From Eledone cirrhosa (lineage: Eukaryota): a stretch of 64,000 nucleotides of DNA. The DNA is taken from assembly GCA_964016885.1 (NCBI GenBank), contig CAXHJY010001768.1, positions 127,881 to 191,880 on the forward strand, written 5' to 3'. The notes beneath the pieces are model-generated. The model was not told the origin of the DNA, made no database searches, and was given only the letters and a program-made list of their open reading frames with translations. The position numbers and the translations under genes were made by a program. This document shows, in pieces, positions 31,145-44,494 of the stretch. Positions within the stretch are counted from its first letter, which is position 1. The number at the start of each line of letters is the position of its first letter.

Positions 31145-32316
31145 AGTTTCTTTTATTTGCCACTAGGGCATCAAAAGTGGGACAAGTACAAAGGGGGGAG
31201 TTTACACAAAAAGGCGTCCTCAATAAGGAGGAGGCAATAACAAAATATAAAAATAAAATAAGATATAACAAAAAATAAAATTTTTAACAAAATCCTCAAT
31301 AGAGAGGAGGCGCCTTGGGGGGTCGCACACACCCCCGAAAAAAGTGTGCAACCCTTTTCCTCAGGAGCACAGAGAGGGGGTGCTCCCTCGTTCCTTCCTC
31401 TTTTCCACCTACAGGCTTATGTAAAGAGAAGGCCCATTCACACGGGCCATTCTCGCCACTTTCACCCACCTTTCATAAAAACGACTGGGGTGCAGCACCT
31501 CTCTCTCCATCCTGATCCTTCTTCCGAAATGATATCGGAAGAAACGGACCAGTTGTTGGCCAGAGAGAAAGGTGCCTGACCTCAGTCCTTTCAGACGCGT
31601 CCACCATACAACCTCTTTCGCCATGGCTATTACGCACAGAAACACCGCCTCTGCTTCATCTTTGAAGGGGGGAGGCGGCTTGATCATTACAATAGACTCG
31701 GTGGTCAACCGGATCGGTCCCACCCCTGACAGCAGTTGTTCGACATAGCCCCACAGATCGGCTACGCCCGAGCAGTGTACCAATGCGTGTGCAACGGTTT
31801 CCTCGTCGCACACGCATCTGGGACAGATCTTTTTGGCGGGGTCCCTACCCGGGCGCCCGTGTCTGTAGAGCCTTTCTCGAACGGGTAAAGCCCCTCGGTA
31901 GCACTGCCAGGCTAGGGACTTCTGGAAGTTGTCCATAGGTCCCGGGCTGAATGTCCTACCGAACAGGCTGGCCAGTTCGTCCTCCTCCATGTCTAGGGCT
32001 TCTCCGAGGGCGTCGTCGCACCTGCTGCGTACCAGCCCTCTATAGAATGTTGCGGTGGAGTCTCCACTGATAACCGGATCCGCCTGCCAGAGGACGGTGA
32101 GCGCCTGGGCACACTCAGTGTGCCAGGCGCCCAGTTTTCTCGGTCTTTGCTTGACCCAGGATTGCAGCTCGGTGAGTGAGACGAGTCTGGGAAAGGTTCG
32201 TCTCACAAACGAGGCCCACACCGGTTGTCCGGTGAGGAATACGTAGAGGTGCCGTAGCCTTAATGCGTGTTTACGCATCATTAGCCACGGCATCCCCAGC
32301 CCTCCTTTCGAAGGGT
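31145..32316 (-). mobile_element. Tx1/L1-clade LINE 3' fragment, copy B
   Basis: Uninterrupted ORF2 C-terminus: GGLGMP, LAWQCYRGALP, CPRC-x8-H-x4-C zinc knuckle, stop at 31409; AATAAA; 12-bp TSD GTAAGATAGATA (31133-31144, 32317-32328). Confidence 0.92.
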
Positions 32317-34522
32317 GTAAGATAGATAGAACGGTAGATAGTAAGATAGAGAGAATGGTAGGTAGTAAGATAGATAGAACGGTAGGTAGTAAGATAGAGA
32401 GAATGGTAGGTAGTAAGATAGAGAGAATGGTAGGTAGTAAGATAGAGAGAATGGTAGGTAGTAAGATAGATAGAACGGTAGATAGTAAGATAGAGAGAAT
32501 GGTAGATAGTAAGATAGAGAGAATGGTAGGTAGTAAGATAGATAGAACGGTAGGTAGTAAGATAGAGAGAATGGTAGGTAGTAAGATAGAGAGAATGGTA
32601 GGTAGTAAGATAGAGAGAATGGTAGGTAGTAAGATAGAGAGAATGGTAGGTAGTAAGATAGAGAGAATGGTAGGTAGTAAGATAGTGAGAATGGTAGGTA
32701 GTAAGATAGAGAGAACGGTAGGTAGTAAGATAGAGAGAACGGTAGGTAGTAAGATAGAGAGAATGGTAGGTAGTAAGATAGTGAGAATGGTAGGTAGTAA
32801 GATAGAGAGAATGGTAGGTAGTAAGATAGAGAGAATGGTAGGTAGTAAGATAGAGAGAATGGTAGGTAGTAAGATAGAGAGAATGGTAGGTAGTAAGATA
32901 GAGAGAATGGTAGGTAGTAAGATAGAGAGAACGGTAGGTAGTAAGATAGAGAGAACGGTAGATAGTAAGATAGAGAGAATGGTAGGTAGTAAGATAGAGA
33001 GAACGGTAGGTAGTAAGATAGAGAGAACGGTAGGTAGTAAGATAGAGAGAATGGTAGGTAGTAAGATAGAGAGAATGGTAGGTAGTAAGATAGAGAGAAC
33101 GGTAGGTAGTAAGATAGAGAGAACGGTAGATAGTAAGATAGAGAGAATGGTAGGTAGTAAGATAGAGAGAACGGTAGGTAGTAAGATAGAGAGAATGGTA
33201 GGTAGTAAGATAGAGAGAATGGTAGGTAGTAAGATAGAGAGAATGGTAGGTAGTAAGATAGAGAGAACGGTAGGTAGTAAGATAGAGAGAACGGTAGATA
33301 GTAAGATAGTGAGAATGGTAGGTAGAAAGATAGATAGAACGGTAGGTAGAGAGATAGATAGAACGGTAGGTAGTAAGATAGATAGAACGGTAGGTAGAGA
33401 GATAGATAGAACAGCAGATAGTAAGATAGATAGAATGGTAGGTAGAGAGATAGATAGAAGAGCAGATAGAAAGATAGATAGAACGGTAGGTAGAAAGATA
33501 GATAGAACGGCAGATAGAAAGATAGATAGAAGGCTAGAAAAGAACAACTAGAAGAAATGTCATGTAGTGGATAGTTCCATCCTCTTCCTATAAATTCTAC
33601 ATTCAAATGTTACTAAAAGCAGCCATTTCCCATACCAGGTGTCTTGAAGAGTAGCTCAACACCTATCTTCCTTGCAGGGGAAGTGTAAGTAGTTTTCTTT
33701 TATCTGGTGAAAACAATTGTATGGTGGACAAGACTGAAAGGGCTGTCCTGGTATGTGTTGTGCAGATCTGATTAAGGGACACCCATTGCTTTCTGTGAAG
33801 GTCAAAGCTGGTGGGTTTAGATGTGGGGTCCTGGATGAGGTGGGCAACTGTGTATAAATAAATAAAGCATACACATATGCATGTATGGTCACATAAACTC
33901 CTGATGGAGTCATAGGGGCACTGTATTGACATTCAGCGTTTCTAGGGCATTTTAAAACTCTCCAGGTCTGAATACAGCAGATTTCTTCCAGAGAAGGATA
34001 GAGTGTGAGAGAAAGCAAATGAGAAAGAGATATAGAGGAAGAGTCGACCCCAGTATTGGATGAAAGGCAAAGTTGACCTCAGCAGGATTTGAACTCAGAG
34101 TAGAGAGCTGAACAAATACTGCAAAGCATTCTATCTGACATTCTAATGACTCTGCCATACACTTATATAAATATATATATATAAATGAATATATATAAAA
34201 TATAAAATAAATGCATACACATTATTATAATTCACTGCAGCTGTATTTGGCTGAAATGATTTATAACATGGCTCATGTTCAAACACTATCAATGTAGAAT
34301 GAAAGAAAGAAGTGATTTGAGAAGGCAAGAAAAGAAATTAAGAAATGCAATATAACACTATTCTATATGTAGATTCCATTCATCAAAATTTAAAAAATAG
34401 GGAAAAAGAAACATTACTACATAGAAATGCTATAAGCATTTGCTCTTCATTCATGAATTTCTATACTGAAAAATTATATTAAACAGTCACCACCTCTCTT
34501 TATCTATCTCTCACGCGCATAT

Positions 34523-34554
<32 letters not shown>

Positions 34555-34563
34555 GTAAACATA

Positions 34564-34896
34564 CAGTGGAACCTCAATTCACAAACTTAATTTGTTCCTG
34601 AAAGCCATTTGTTACCCGAAATGTTTGTAAACCGAAACTACTTTTCCCATATGAAATGTTAAGAGAGGAATTCACCGAGAGAGGGACAGTGTGTGAAAGA
34701 TGGATAGATATCATCATAGTAACTAACTACACAGCAAGTGACACTTTCCCACCGATACTCCCAGCTTGTTGCCAACTGTTGTTGCTGGCGTGTGTGTTTG
34801 TTACTCAAGATCTACCAAGACGTTTTATGTGAGAAAAAATTGTTCATAAACCGATTTGTTCGTGATGAGAGGTGTTTGTGAACTGAGGTTCCACTG
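34564..34896. mobile_element. Tigger/pogo-like MITE
   Basis: TIRs CAGTGGAACCTCAATTCACAAAC / GTTTGTGAACTGAGGTTCCACTG. Confidence 0.8.
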
Positions 34897-35056
34897 TGTA
34901 TGTATATATATATATATATATATATTGTAAGTGAGATGTCAATCTCTGGTTTGCTAAGAGGTCTGTGACCCCCTTGCTTCAGTACTGACTCAGACTGTGA
35001 AGACCCATCTAACCCTTGCTAGCAGAGAAAGTGGATTTTAAATGATGATGATAATA

Positions 35057-35091
<35 letters not shown>

Positions 35092-35569
35092 AATGATAAT
35101 GATGATGATGATGCCTGCATTAACAAGACATTTATTAAAAGTACAAAAACAGCAATATGACTGCATCACATGAAAAATTAAAACCATTCTTCAAATACTG
35201 TAGATTTTCTGACCAATGTCAACTAGTGAACATCCTATAAACATTTGAATTAACAAATCAGTTTTTTCAATATTTTCTGCTGCTATGGAATGGCAAATTA
35301 AGCAACATACCTTTGATAAACTATGATATCAATTCTAATGGACCATACATTCATGCCTCATCCTCCCTTCACCCCCACCTACAAAACGTGGCCATTATGT
35401 TAAGTGCATTGTTTGTAATTAATGTACCATTCTGTGGATGAATGAATGGGCAAATTGGCCCAGATGTGATTTAAACGCCGAATATCAAAGTGGTGGGATG
35501 AAACATCTTCTTTGCCCACTTATTCCTGAGAGAGTCGAGGGAGGGGGGGGGGGGTCAGAGTCTTATGCT

Positions 35570-35930
35570 GATAATGAAATTATTGCATACAGTGCTCAGG
35601 AGCACTACAACTCATCAAAGGTGCATGTATAGTACATAGAATAATGTACAAATATCAGGAAAATGAACAGTGTATGAGTGATGATATACACACACACGCA
35701 CACATACACACGCACACACGCATGTGTGTGTATGGAGAGGGAATATCAGGTGTAGTGTTGGTGAATTTCAGGAAGCATGGAGGTTTTAAAGGATGCAGTG
35801 TCTCAGCAGCTAACAACTAATGCAGGTAGTTTGTTCCATGCTTCAGCAACTCTGAGCGTGAAATAATGTTTCCGAAAGTCATGGGAGCTGTGCTGTTTCC
35901 TGACTTTGTAGGCCTGTCCACGGGTATTCC
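35570..35930 (-). mobile_element. CR1/L2-group LINE 3' end relic
   Basis: RGQAYKV..DFRKHYFTLRVAEAWNKLP, typical CR1/L2 ORF2 C-terminus. Confidence 0.7.
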
Positions 35931-36912
35931 TCAAACACTCCTTCCAGTGGGTCCTGTCAGAAGCAACCATCTCCAACAGATCTGGCTGGATTCCCAAGCA
36001 TGACTAGCCAAGCTCATGGATGTTATCCAATCATCTTGCTCGGGGGCTACACCTGGGTCTCCTGCCAGTTGATTTTTGCCCATAAAATCTGCCCAGAGAT
36101 TCTTTCCAGAGACATTCTAACCACATTTGTAATCACTGCTTGTCCATCACTCTTGCAAAACCAAAACTATTTCCACTTAACTCTAAACATTTCGTATTTG
36201 TTTTGCAACATTTTTTTAATTTAAAACTGTATATTGAAACAGATATAGTTATACTTTGGGAGGGTCATGCTGCCAATAAAAAACATATGCACCTGTTGGA
36301 GTTTCACTTCAATTATTATAATTTTCTAGTCGGTTAGTTTAATAACAAGATGGTTGTTTAGTTGTTGATTGCCAAAGTTCTTTTGTCGCACATTCTGTGA
36401 CCTCCTCAGTGAGTACTTTTGTTGTTATTTTATGTCTCTCTTTTGTTTTACACCATTATGTTGTATTACATCATCAAGATGGTCTAAGAGAGAACAAGAG
36501 GGATACAGACCTTCTTCACTTGTCTGGGACAACAGTGGCCCCACTTCGGTACTGACTTGGTCTATGTAAACCTGTCCAACCCTTGTTAGCAGGGAAAGCT
36601 GAGGTTAAATGATTATATATATATATATATATATATTAACAATAATAAATGTGAAGACTAAAATCCAAAGAGGGCTTGATAAGGATAAATATATATCAAA
36701 TATATAAGAACCCTAGAGCAAATATTTATTAAAATAACAGATCTTCAGAAGATCCCATTAAGGGAGAAAGCAGCGATTCTTTTCTTAAACTTTAATCTGT
36801 TATTTTAATAAATATATATATATATATATAAGGTAAACAGAAATAACAAAGCAAACAACACAGTACAATGAAAAAGTATATTAGTTTTATGCTTGATATA
36901 GTAGGAAAAGAG

Positions 36913-36948
36913 CCTTAACGTTTCAGACACTAGTCCTTCATCAGAAAG
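36913..36948 (-). ncRNA. Minimal type I hammerhead ribozyme motif
   Basis: Sense: CTTT-CTGATGA-A-GGAC-TAGT-GTCT-GAAA-CG-TT-AAGG; stems I and II pair, ACGT stem III. Confidence 0.6.
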
Positions 36949-37364
36949 TAGAATGGGAAATTAAAGAAGAAATAGAAAGATAGAGGAGACTGGGCAGTGG
37001 CAGAAACGAAAAGAAATTCTTTGAGAAAAGCAGTTTTGTTTAGGTCGCCATCTCTTGGAAATTCACACACACACACACACATATGTGTGTGTATACATAC
37101 ACACACATATATATATATACACATACACATGCACACACAGGTATACATGTGAATGGACACATACATACTCTACAAAAAGCAATGACATAACTACTATCAC
37201 CACCACCAGTGCAGGTAACCTCCCTCCTGCATCACCTGCACCACTACCACCACTCTCACTTATTGATGAAAATAGAAAGAAAAAGAAGGGAAGGTATTTA
37301 TGATAGAGGAGGGAGGAAGAGTGACAGAATGTGAGAGAGATATAAACAGAGGGAGGAGAGAGTG

Positions 37365-37419
<55 letters not shown>

Positions 37420-37604
37420 CGAAAGAGGGGGAGAGAGAGTGAGAGGGAAAAACAGGCAGAGAAAGTGGAGGTCAGGTAGATTGAGAGAGAAAGACAGACA
37501 GAGAAAGAGGGAGAGAAAATGAGAGAGAGGTAGAGAGAAAATGATATATTGAGATGACAATGTGTGAATACACATGAGATTTATAGCTGGAATTAAAAGA
37601 TAGG

Positions 37605-38790
37605 GTGATGTGGTGGTGTTGATGGTGCAGTGTAGTGTTGATGTGGTGGTGGTGGTGGTGGTGCAGTGTAGTGTTGTGGTGGTGGTGGTGCAGTGTAGTG
37701 TTAAGGTGGTGGTGCAGTGTAGTGTTGATGTGGTGGTGGTGGTGGTGGTGGTGCAGTGTAGTGTTGTGGTGGTGGTGGTGCAGTGTAGTGTTGTGGTGGT
37801 GGTGGTGCAGTGTAGTGTTGTGGTGGTGGTGGCAGTGTAGTGTTGTGGTGGTGGTGGTGCAGTGTAGTGTTGTGGTGGTGGTGCAGTGTAGTGTTGATGT
37901 GGTGGTGGTGGTGGTGCAGTGTTGTGTTGTGGTGGTGGTGGTGCAGTGTAGTGTTGAGGTGGTGGTGCAGTGTAGTGTTGAGGTGGTGGTGGTGGTGGTG
38001 GTGCAGTGTAGTGTTGTGGTGGTGGTGGTGGTGGTGTAGTGTTGTGGTGGTGGTGGTGGTGCAGTGTAGTGTTGAGGTGGTGGTGGTGGTGGTGGTGCAG
38101 TGTAGTGTTGTGGTGGTGGTGGTGGTGGTGCAGTGTAGTATTGTGGTGGTGGTGCAGTGTAGTGTTGTGGTGGTGGTGCAGTGTAGTGTTGAGAAGGTGG
38201 TGTTGGTGGTGCAGTGTAGTGTTGAGGAGGTGGTGGTGGTGCTGCAGTGTAGTGTTGAGAAGGTCGTGTTGGTGGTGCAGTGTAGTGTTGTGGGGTGAGG
38301 GGGGTGCAGTGTGGTGGTGGTGCAGTGTAGTGTTGTGGGGTGAGGGGGGTGCAGTGTAGTGTTGGAGTGGTGGTGGTGCAGTGTAGTGTTGGGGTGGTGG
38401 TGGTGGTAGTGCAGTGTAGTGTTGGAGTGGTTATGGTGCAGTGTAGTGCTGGGGGTGAGGGCGGTGCAGTGTAGTGCTGGAGGAGGGGGCAGTGTAGCTC
38501 TTGGGTGGTGTTGATGGTGCAGTGTAGTGTTGGGGTGGTGATGCTGGTGGCGGTGGTGCAGTGTAGTGCTGGGAAGGGGGCAGTTTAGTGCTGGAGGAGG
38601 GGGCAGTGTAGCCCTGGGTGGTTTTGATGGTGTTGACGGTGTGCAGTATAGTGTTGGGGTGGTGATGGTGGTGCAGTGTAGTACTGTGGTGGTGGTGGTG
38701 CAGTGTAGTGCTGAGGTGGTGGTGGTGGTGATGATGGTGGTGGTGCAATGTAGTGTCGGGGTGGTGGTAATGGTGGTGGTGATGAAACAG
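37605..38790. repeat. Minisatellite: GCAGTGTAGTGTT core plus variable (GTG)n
   Basis: Direct reading, roughly 40 units. Confidence 0.95.
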
Positions 38791-39179
38791 TGATGCTGGT
38801 TATGTGATGCCATGGTAGTGTTGACAGGTTGGTGTAATGCTGGTGTTGGCTCTGCAGTGAGGTGGTAGTTTTGGTGGTGTGATGTTGTGGAGGTGGTGGT
38901 TAGTATGAAGGTATGGTGATGGTGATGATGATGATGTTTCTAGCAAATAAATATCAATGATAATTCTTCAAAATAATCAACATCAACCGATGCATAATTT
39001 AACAGATTCAAATGTGGTGGAACTTCCAGCAGGACAACTTTATGGTATATATATATATATATTTATGTGTTTGTGTGTATATATATATGTATATATTATG
39101 TATGTATATATCATTTGTTTTGCTTTATTTTCGTTTATTGTCTTCCTTTTGTTAATTTTCCTAAGCATATATATATATA

Positions 39180-39219
<40 letters not shown>

Positions 39220-39223
39220 TTTC

Positions 39224-39580
39224 ATTTTTACGTCCGCTTTTCCCTGCTTGCAAGGGTGGGACGGGAACTGATTCTGGCTTGATTTCTACAGCTGGATGCC
39301 CTTCCTAACACCAACCTCATTTACAGTGAGTGCTGGGTGCTTTTTTGCCGTGGTGCCTACACATCCACTTTACAGTGTGGGCTGGGTGCTTTTTTGCTGT
39401 GGCACCTCCACGACCACTCTGCAGTGGAATGATAGGGACCCCAGTCCACCCCAGTCCCTATCATCTCATTTCTACAGCTGAGTAAACTGGAGCAATGTGA
39501 AATAAAGTGTCTTGCTCAAGGAAACAACACATCACCCGGTCTGAGAATTGAACTCACAACCTTTTGATTGCAAGGCCAAT
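39224..39580 (-). mobile_element. SINE family 2 copy
   Basis: Near-identical to reverse complement of 15070-15375 plus tail. Confidence 0.85.
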
Positions 39581-39696
39581 GTAAATATGTGTGTATATAT
39601 ATATATATATGTATATATGTGTGTATATATATGTACATATGTGTGTGTCTGTGTGAGTGTATATATATATGTGTGAGAGTGTATATTTTTTTTTTT

Positions 39697-40018
39697 TTTA
39701 CGTCCACTTTTCCCTGCTTGCAAGGGTGGGATGGGAACTGATTCTGGCTTGATTTCTACAGCTGGATGCCCTTCCTAACACCAACCTCATTTACAGTGAG
39801 TGCTGGGTGCTTTTTGCCGTGGCACCTACACGACCACTTTACAGTGGAATGATATGGACCCCAGTCCCTATCATCTCATTTCTACAGCTGAGTAAACTGG
39901 AGCAATGTGAAATAAAGTGTCTTGCTCAAGGAAACAACACATCACCCGGTCTGAGAATTGAACTCACAACCTTTCGATTGCAAGGCCAATTCTCTAACCA
40001 CTAAGCCATGTGCCTCCA
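39697..40018 (-). mobile_element. SINE family 2, near full length
   Basis: Includes head CTAAGCCATGTGCCTCC. Confidence 0.85.
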
Positions 40019-40277
40019 TTATATATATATATGTATGTATATGTGTATATATATATATGTGTGCATCTAAATATACGTATCTATATATGTATATACATAT
40101 ATATCTATATGTGTGTGTATGCATGTATGTATGTGTTTGTATATATATGTAATGTATATAGCGTCAGTTGTGATGCAACCCTTATCTCCAGATCTTCCTG
40201 GGGTACAGCCAAGATGTCAGTACCAACCAAAACACTCTCCTCTTTATCCAAATATTGTTCTAGCTCTCACATACTTC

Positions 40278-40740
40278 TATTCATGCTTCCCCTATATACA
40301 CTTCCTTCTACATTTACCCACACACACATACACATACATACACACACATTCATGCATCCCCTATATACACTTCCTTCTACATTTACCCACACACACATAC
40401 ACACACATACACACACATTCATGCATCCCCTATATACACTTCCTTCTACATTTACCCACACACACATACAAACACACACAAACACATTCATGCTTCTTCT
40501 ATATACACTTCCTTCTACATTTATCCACACAACCACACACATACACAGACACAAACACTCACACACACATATATACACACACACACATTCATGCTTCTAT
40601 ATACACTTCCTTCTACATTTAACCCGCCCCCCCCCCACACACACACACACAAACACACATTCATGCTTCTATATACACTTCCTTCTACATTTACCCACAC
40701 ACACATACACACACACATACATACACACATTCATGCACAC
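40278..40740. repeat. About 60-bp tandem repeat (TTCATGC..CTATATACACTTCCTTCTACATTTACCCAC + CA run)
   Basis: About six units visible. Confidence 0.9.
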
Positions 40741-42687
40741 ACTCGTTCATACACACACACACTTACACATTCACACACACATTCAACCACACACACACAC
40801 ACACATACACATTCACACACACACACTCACATTCAACTACACACACATACACATTCACTCACACACACAATGCATTCAACCAAAATAAAAATGTTTTCCC
40901 ATTAACAAAATGGCCACAGTTTGTAGTGAGTGTAGAAGATGAATGGAAACTTTGGACCATTAAAATTGACAGTCTAGTATATTACTAGTATAATGGAATG
41001 GACCTCTGTTGGTGTCATGGATAAGTCTTCCAATTGTTTGATCAATGGAACTGCCTGGTCATATCATTAACTTGTAAGTGGCTGAGCATTCCACAGACTA
41101 GTGAACCCCTTAACATAATTCTTAGGGAGATACAGCTTGGCACAGTATGTGACAAGGCTAGATCATTCTATGTACTATACATGCACCTTTGATGAGTTGT
41201 AGTGCACCTGAGCATTGAACACAATAATTTCATTATTATTATTATTATTATTGTTTTACAGGTACAGTCCATCTGATGGGCTTCCAAACAGTTTGTCTGC
41301 TGAATTTCACTCACAAAGCATAGATTGATCTGAGGCTATGGTAAATTACACATGCCCAAGGTGCCACCCAGTGAGATAATTAAGACCTATGAGAGGGAGG
41401 TCCAGTCGGTACTTTATTCTGGGGCCAAAAGCTAAGAATACCCCACAGCAACCATGCAGCATCCATTTTGAGAAAAATCTTTGCCTGCTTTGGGCCCAAA
41501 AGGGGTCTTGGGCCGCGTTGCAAAATTTGTCTTGGAAGCAACCTCCTTAATCATTTTACTATGCTGTATCCATATTACTGGTCCTCTAAACATTTGAATT
41601 AACAAACTTGTTTTTAGATATTTTCTACCAAGCCGTTATCGAGTGCAGAGGAGTTGTCGTGTCTTATGACACAAACTGAAGGACCCTCCTAACCCCTTAT
41701 ATATATAAGCATGCAGGAGTTTTAACAAAAAAACAATTTAACCTAATACCAACCACCACCACAACGTCCATTACCAATACCACAACCACTGCCGATTACA
41801 ACAACAACAACACAATCTCTGCAACAAATACCATAGCCTCCACCAGAATTTTTAGCTGTTCTTGCAAGTTACACATCACATGACCATTTTCCCATAATCA
41901 TCTTCTTTTGATTTTTATCAGGTTAGTCGGTCCATGTTCACTTGAAACTGTTTCATCTCCTTCTGTCACTATAACCTTATCACCCTCATTACCACCCACC
42001 ACCAACCCCTCATACACCATCAATCCCTTAATATCGATCACCATTACCAACTACATCCTCATACCCTCACCCCACCAACACTACCATCATTATGACTACT
42101 AACATCATTGCAACCACCATCTTCATCACCGACCCCATCTTTACTACCACACCACCACTGCCATCCACATTGCCACAACAGCCATCATCATCACAACCAC
42201 CACCCTCATCATCAAAAACACTATCATCATCATCACAATCTTAATCACCATAATCAACCCCATCTTCACCACCGCCTCTACCATGTTAACACCCTCCCTC
42301 ATTCAACAGTCAATTATTATTAATCCTCAGCCAACTAGATTATCCCTTTGAAAATATCAGCCAGGATTAATAGTTCCCTTGAAAAGATTGACCCCTGAGA
42401 AACCCCTAGTTTCAGGCAACCTACAAATATAACTTAACTGCATATGTTAACCTTAAGAACCCCAAAACAACCTTAAACAATGTCAGGACATTATCCCTAG
42501 GGCTAAAGGAACTACAAAATAATACTTCAGTGGCAAGGGATCAGATATAGCAACAATTTAATCATAAATCTCAGAAGTGGACCAACACAGTACTGTAAAC
42601 ATTTGTACTTAATGAGCCTCTACATAATCACTCACCCAGCTAGACATAGTAACCAAATCTCCTTCAAACCACACCCAACCATCTTTA

Positions 42688-43150
42688 ACCCTTTCGTTAT
42701 TATATTTCTAATGAAATACTTTGCATTTTAATTATTTAAGGAAGAATTTGGGAAGGATTTACTAAAATACTAAAATTATAATTTTATTAAGATGATATTT
42801 GTAGCATATCAAATTGCTCTTATATAAAATTATGTTGGAAAGTTTTAATTTAAGTATGAGCCCTTTAAAATGAATGGTTTTGTTTCATTGAAACAGTGGC
42901 GGTTGTAAGTATTAACCCTTTCAAACCACATTTCTAATAAAATACACTGTTTTAATTAATAAATGAAGAATTTCAAGGGATTTACTAGAATTATTAATTA
43001 TTTCATTATTAACATAGTAATTTAATGTAGGGTTCTTATATAAAATTATGTTGGGAGACTTTAATTTAAAGTAGAAACCTTTAAAATGGATGGTTTTATT
43101 TCATAGAACCCGAGCTGGATTTAGCAGGGTTAGTAACTAAAGGATTAAAG
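42688..43150. mobile_element. Two tandem TTAA/CCCTTT-ended MITE copies (same family as 59269-59738)
   Basis: TTAACCCTTTC starts at about 42685 and 42912; shared GAAGAATTT..GGATTTACTA..AAATG.ATGGTTTT.TTTCAT. Confidence 0.6.
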
Positions 43151-43245
43151 AGTTAAAAAGGTAGGGTACATAGGACAATGTAACCCTAGTTAAAATATGT
43201 TTGAAAATAAAATAGGTTCTCTCTTGTTGGAATGCTTTTGATCAT

Positions 43246-43585
43246 ACAAGGGTCAGCTAAAAAGTTCATAGGCTGACTATGAAGCAGTGATGTTAGCGCT
43301 GCGATATCTTGCATGCATTAATTTCAACTCTCTTATTAATATCTACATTGTTTCTTTCCAGGGACTATGTTGAAAAATAAACCTCATTTGGGCATTCCAT
43401 GAGAGTGTCTTGGTCAACCCATTAAAGTCTGATGCTAGAGCTGTGAAATCTTGCATGCATCAATTTCAACTCTTCTCATCAATAACTACATTGTTTCTTT
43501 CCAGGAACTATGTTGAAAAATAAACCTCATTTGGTCATTCTATGAGAGTATCTTGGTCAGCCTATGAACTTTCCAGCCGGCCCAC
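43246..43585. mobile_element. Mariner-type MITE with internal tandem duplication
   Basis: TIRs GGGTCAGCTAAAAAGTTCATAGGCTGAC / GTCAGCCTATGAACTTTCCAGCCGGCCC; TCTTGCATGCAT.AATTTCAACTCT block occurs twice. Confidence 0.7.
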
Positions 43586-43929
43586 CTATGTCTGCTGACT
43601 ATAAAGTCCCCTCTCTTTCCCTAATAATAACTGAAATCAGAATCCAATATCTTTAGAAATCAAAGAAGAGAGTGAGAGAGGTGATAGAATGGACAGAAGA
43701 CCACACAATGACCTTGCAGTATTCCTGCCAGGGTTAAGTTAGCTTCATCTTTCTATGGTGGATGAATATAATCCCGAGCCACCATATGTATTTTGAGACC
43801 ATGAATTTACACCTAGAAAGTTCCTCTCTACAAACTGCCAGAAGGCTGACTAAGCATACAAAGGTGTAAGCCATAACAATAACTCCTTCCATCCATCAAC
43901 TCTTGAATCACATAAGGTGCTCTCTCCAT

Positions 43930-44270
43930 TCCTCACTATCAACGGTGGTGTGCTCCAAGGTTCCACTATGTCTCTTACACTTTTCTTTCCTTACATAAAT
44001 AACTTACTCACCGTATATATTTGAATATAAGCCAAGAAATATGTGACCAAAACATCGATGATAAAATTGTGGGAGGGGTCGGCTTATATATGCCATCTAA
44101 AAAAATGTGTTGATTAGCTGCCTCGGCTTATAAACGGGGTTTAAATTTCTGCCCATTTCTCAGACATAAAATAAGAGGGGCAGCTTATATTCAAATATAT
44201 ACAGTAACATTATATATAACAACAGAACCTACACACACACACTCCTACACAGATGATACCACCATCTTTC
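43930..44270 (+). pseudogene. Degraded LINE RT fragment (L2/CR1/Jockey-like) split by a MITE
   Basis: INGGVLQGSTMS.TLF..YINNL before 44010 and YTDDTT after 44240. Confidence 0.55.
44010..44206. mobile_element. pogo/Tc1-like MITE (copies 46662-46880, 47424-47631, 52159-52356)
   Basis: TIR ACCGTATATA.T.GAATATAAG / CTTATATTCAA.TATATACAGTA; shared GCCCATTTCTCAGACATAAAAT. Confidence 0.75.
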
Positions 44271-44494
44271 ATTCATCCTTAACATTCTGTACACACACAC
44301 ACACACACACAGCATCCACACAAAACCTAGACACACCATACCACACGCCAGACATGCACTGTTTCCACGAACACACAGAAAGAGACCTTGAAAACATCCT
44401 TCATATATAGTTTCCTCAACAGCTCAAAGATACAATCTCTATGTATATAACAGGAACAGTCTTCTACTGCTAATAACCCTCACTATCACTACCG

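Larger units (their letters stand above)
28170..33545. repeat. 24-bp minisatellite (GGTAGGTAGTAAGATAGAGAGAAT)n, interrupted twice by Tx1-like elements
   Basis: Homogeneous arrays 29500-31144 and 32317-33320; degenerate GATA-like edges at 28170-28407 and 33320-33545. Confidence 0.97.

Noticed and set aside
29064-33606. Very long ORFs (735, 712, 683, 441, 398 aa) that look like repeat proteins fused to Tx1 ORF2
   Set aside because: The 24-bp unit has no stop in any - strand frame, so read-through into the truncated Tx1 ORF is automatic; no evidence for a real fusion protein.
37605-38790. Constant core with variable spacers, superficially CRISPR-like
   Set aside because: Spacers are just (GTG)n of varying length; eukaryotic context, no cas genes.
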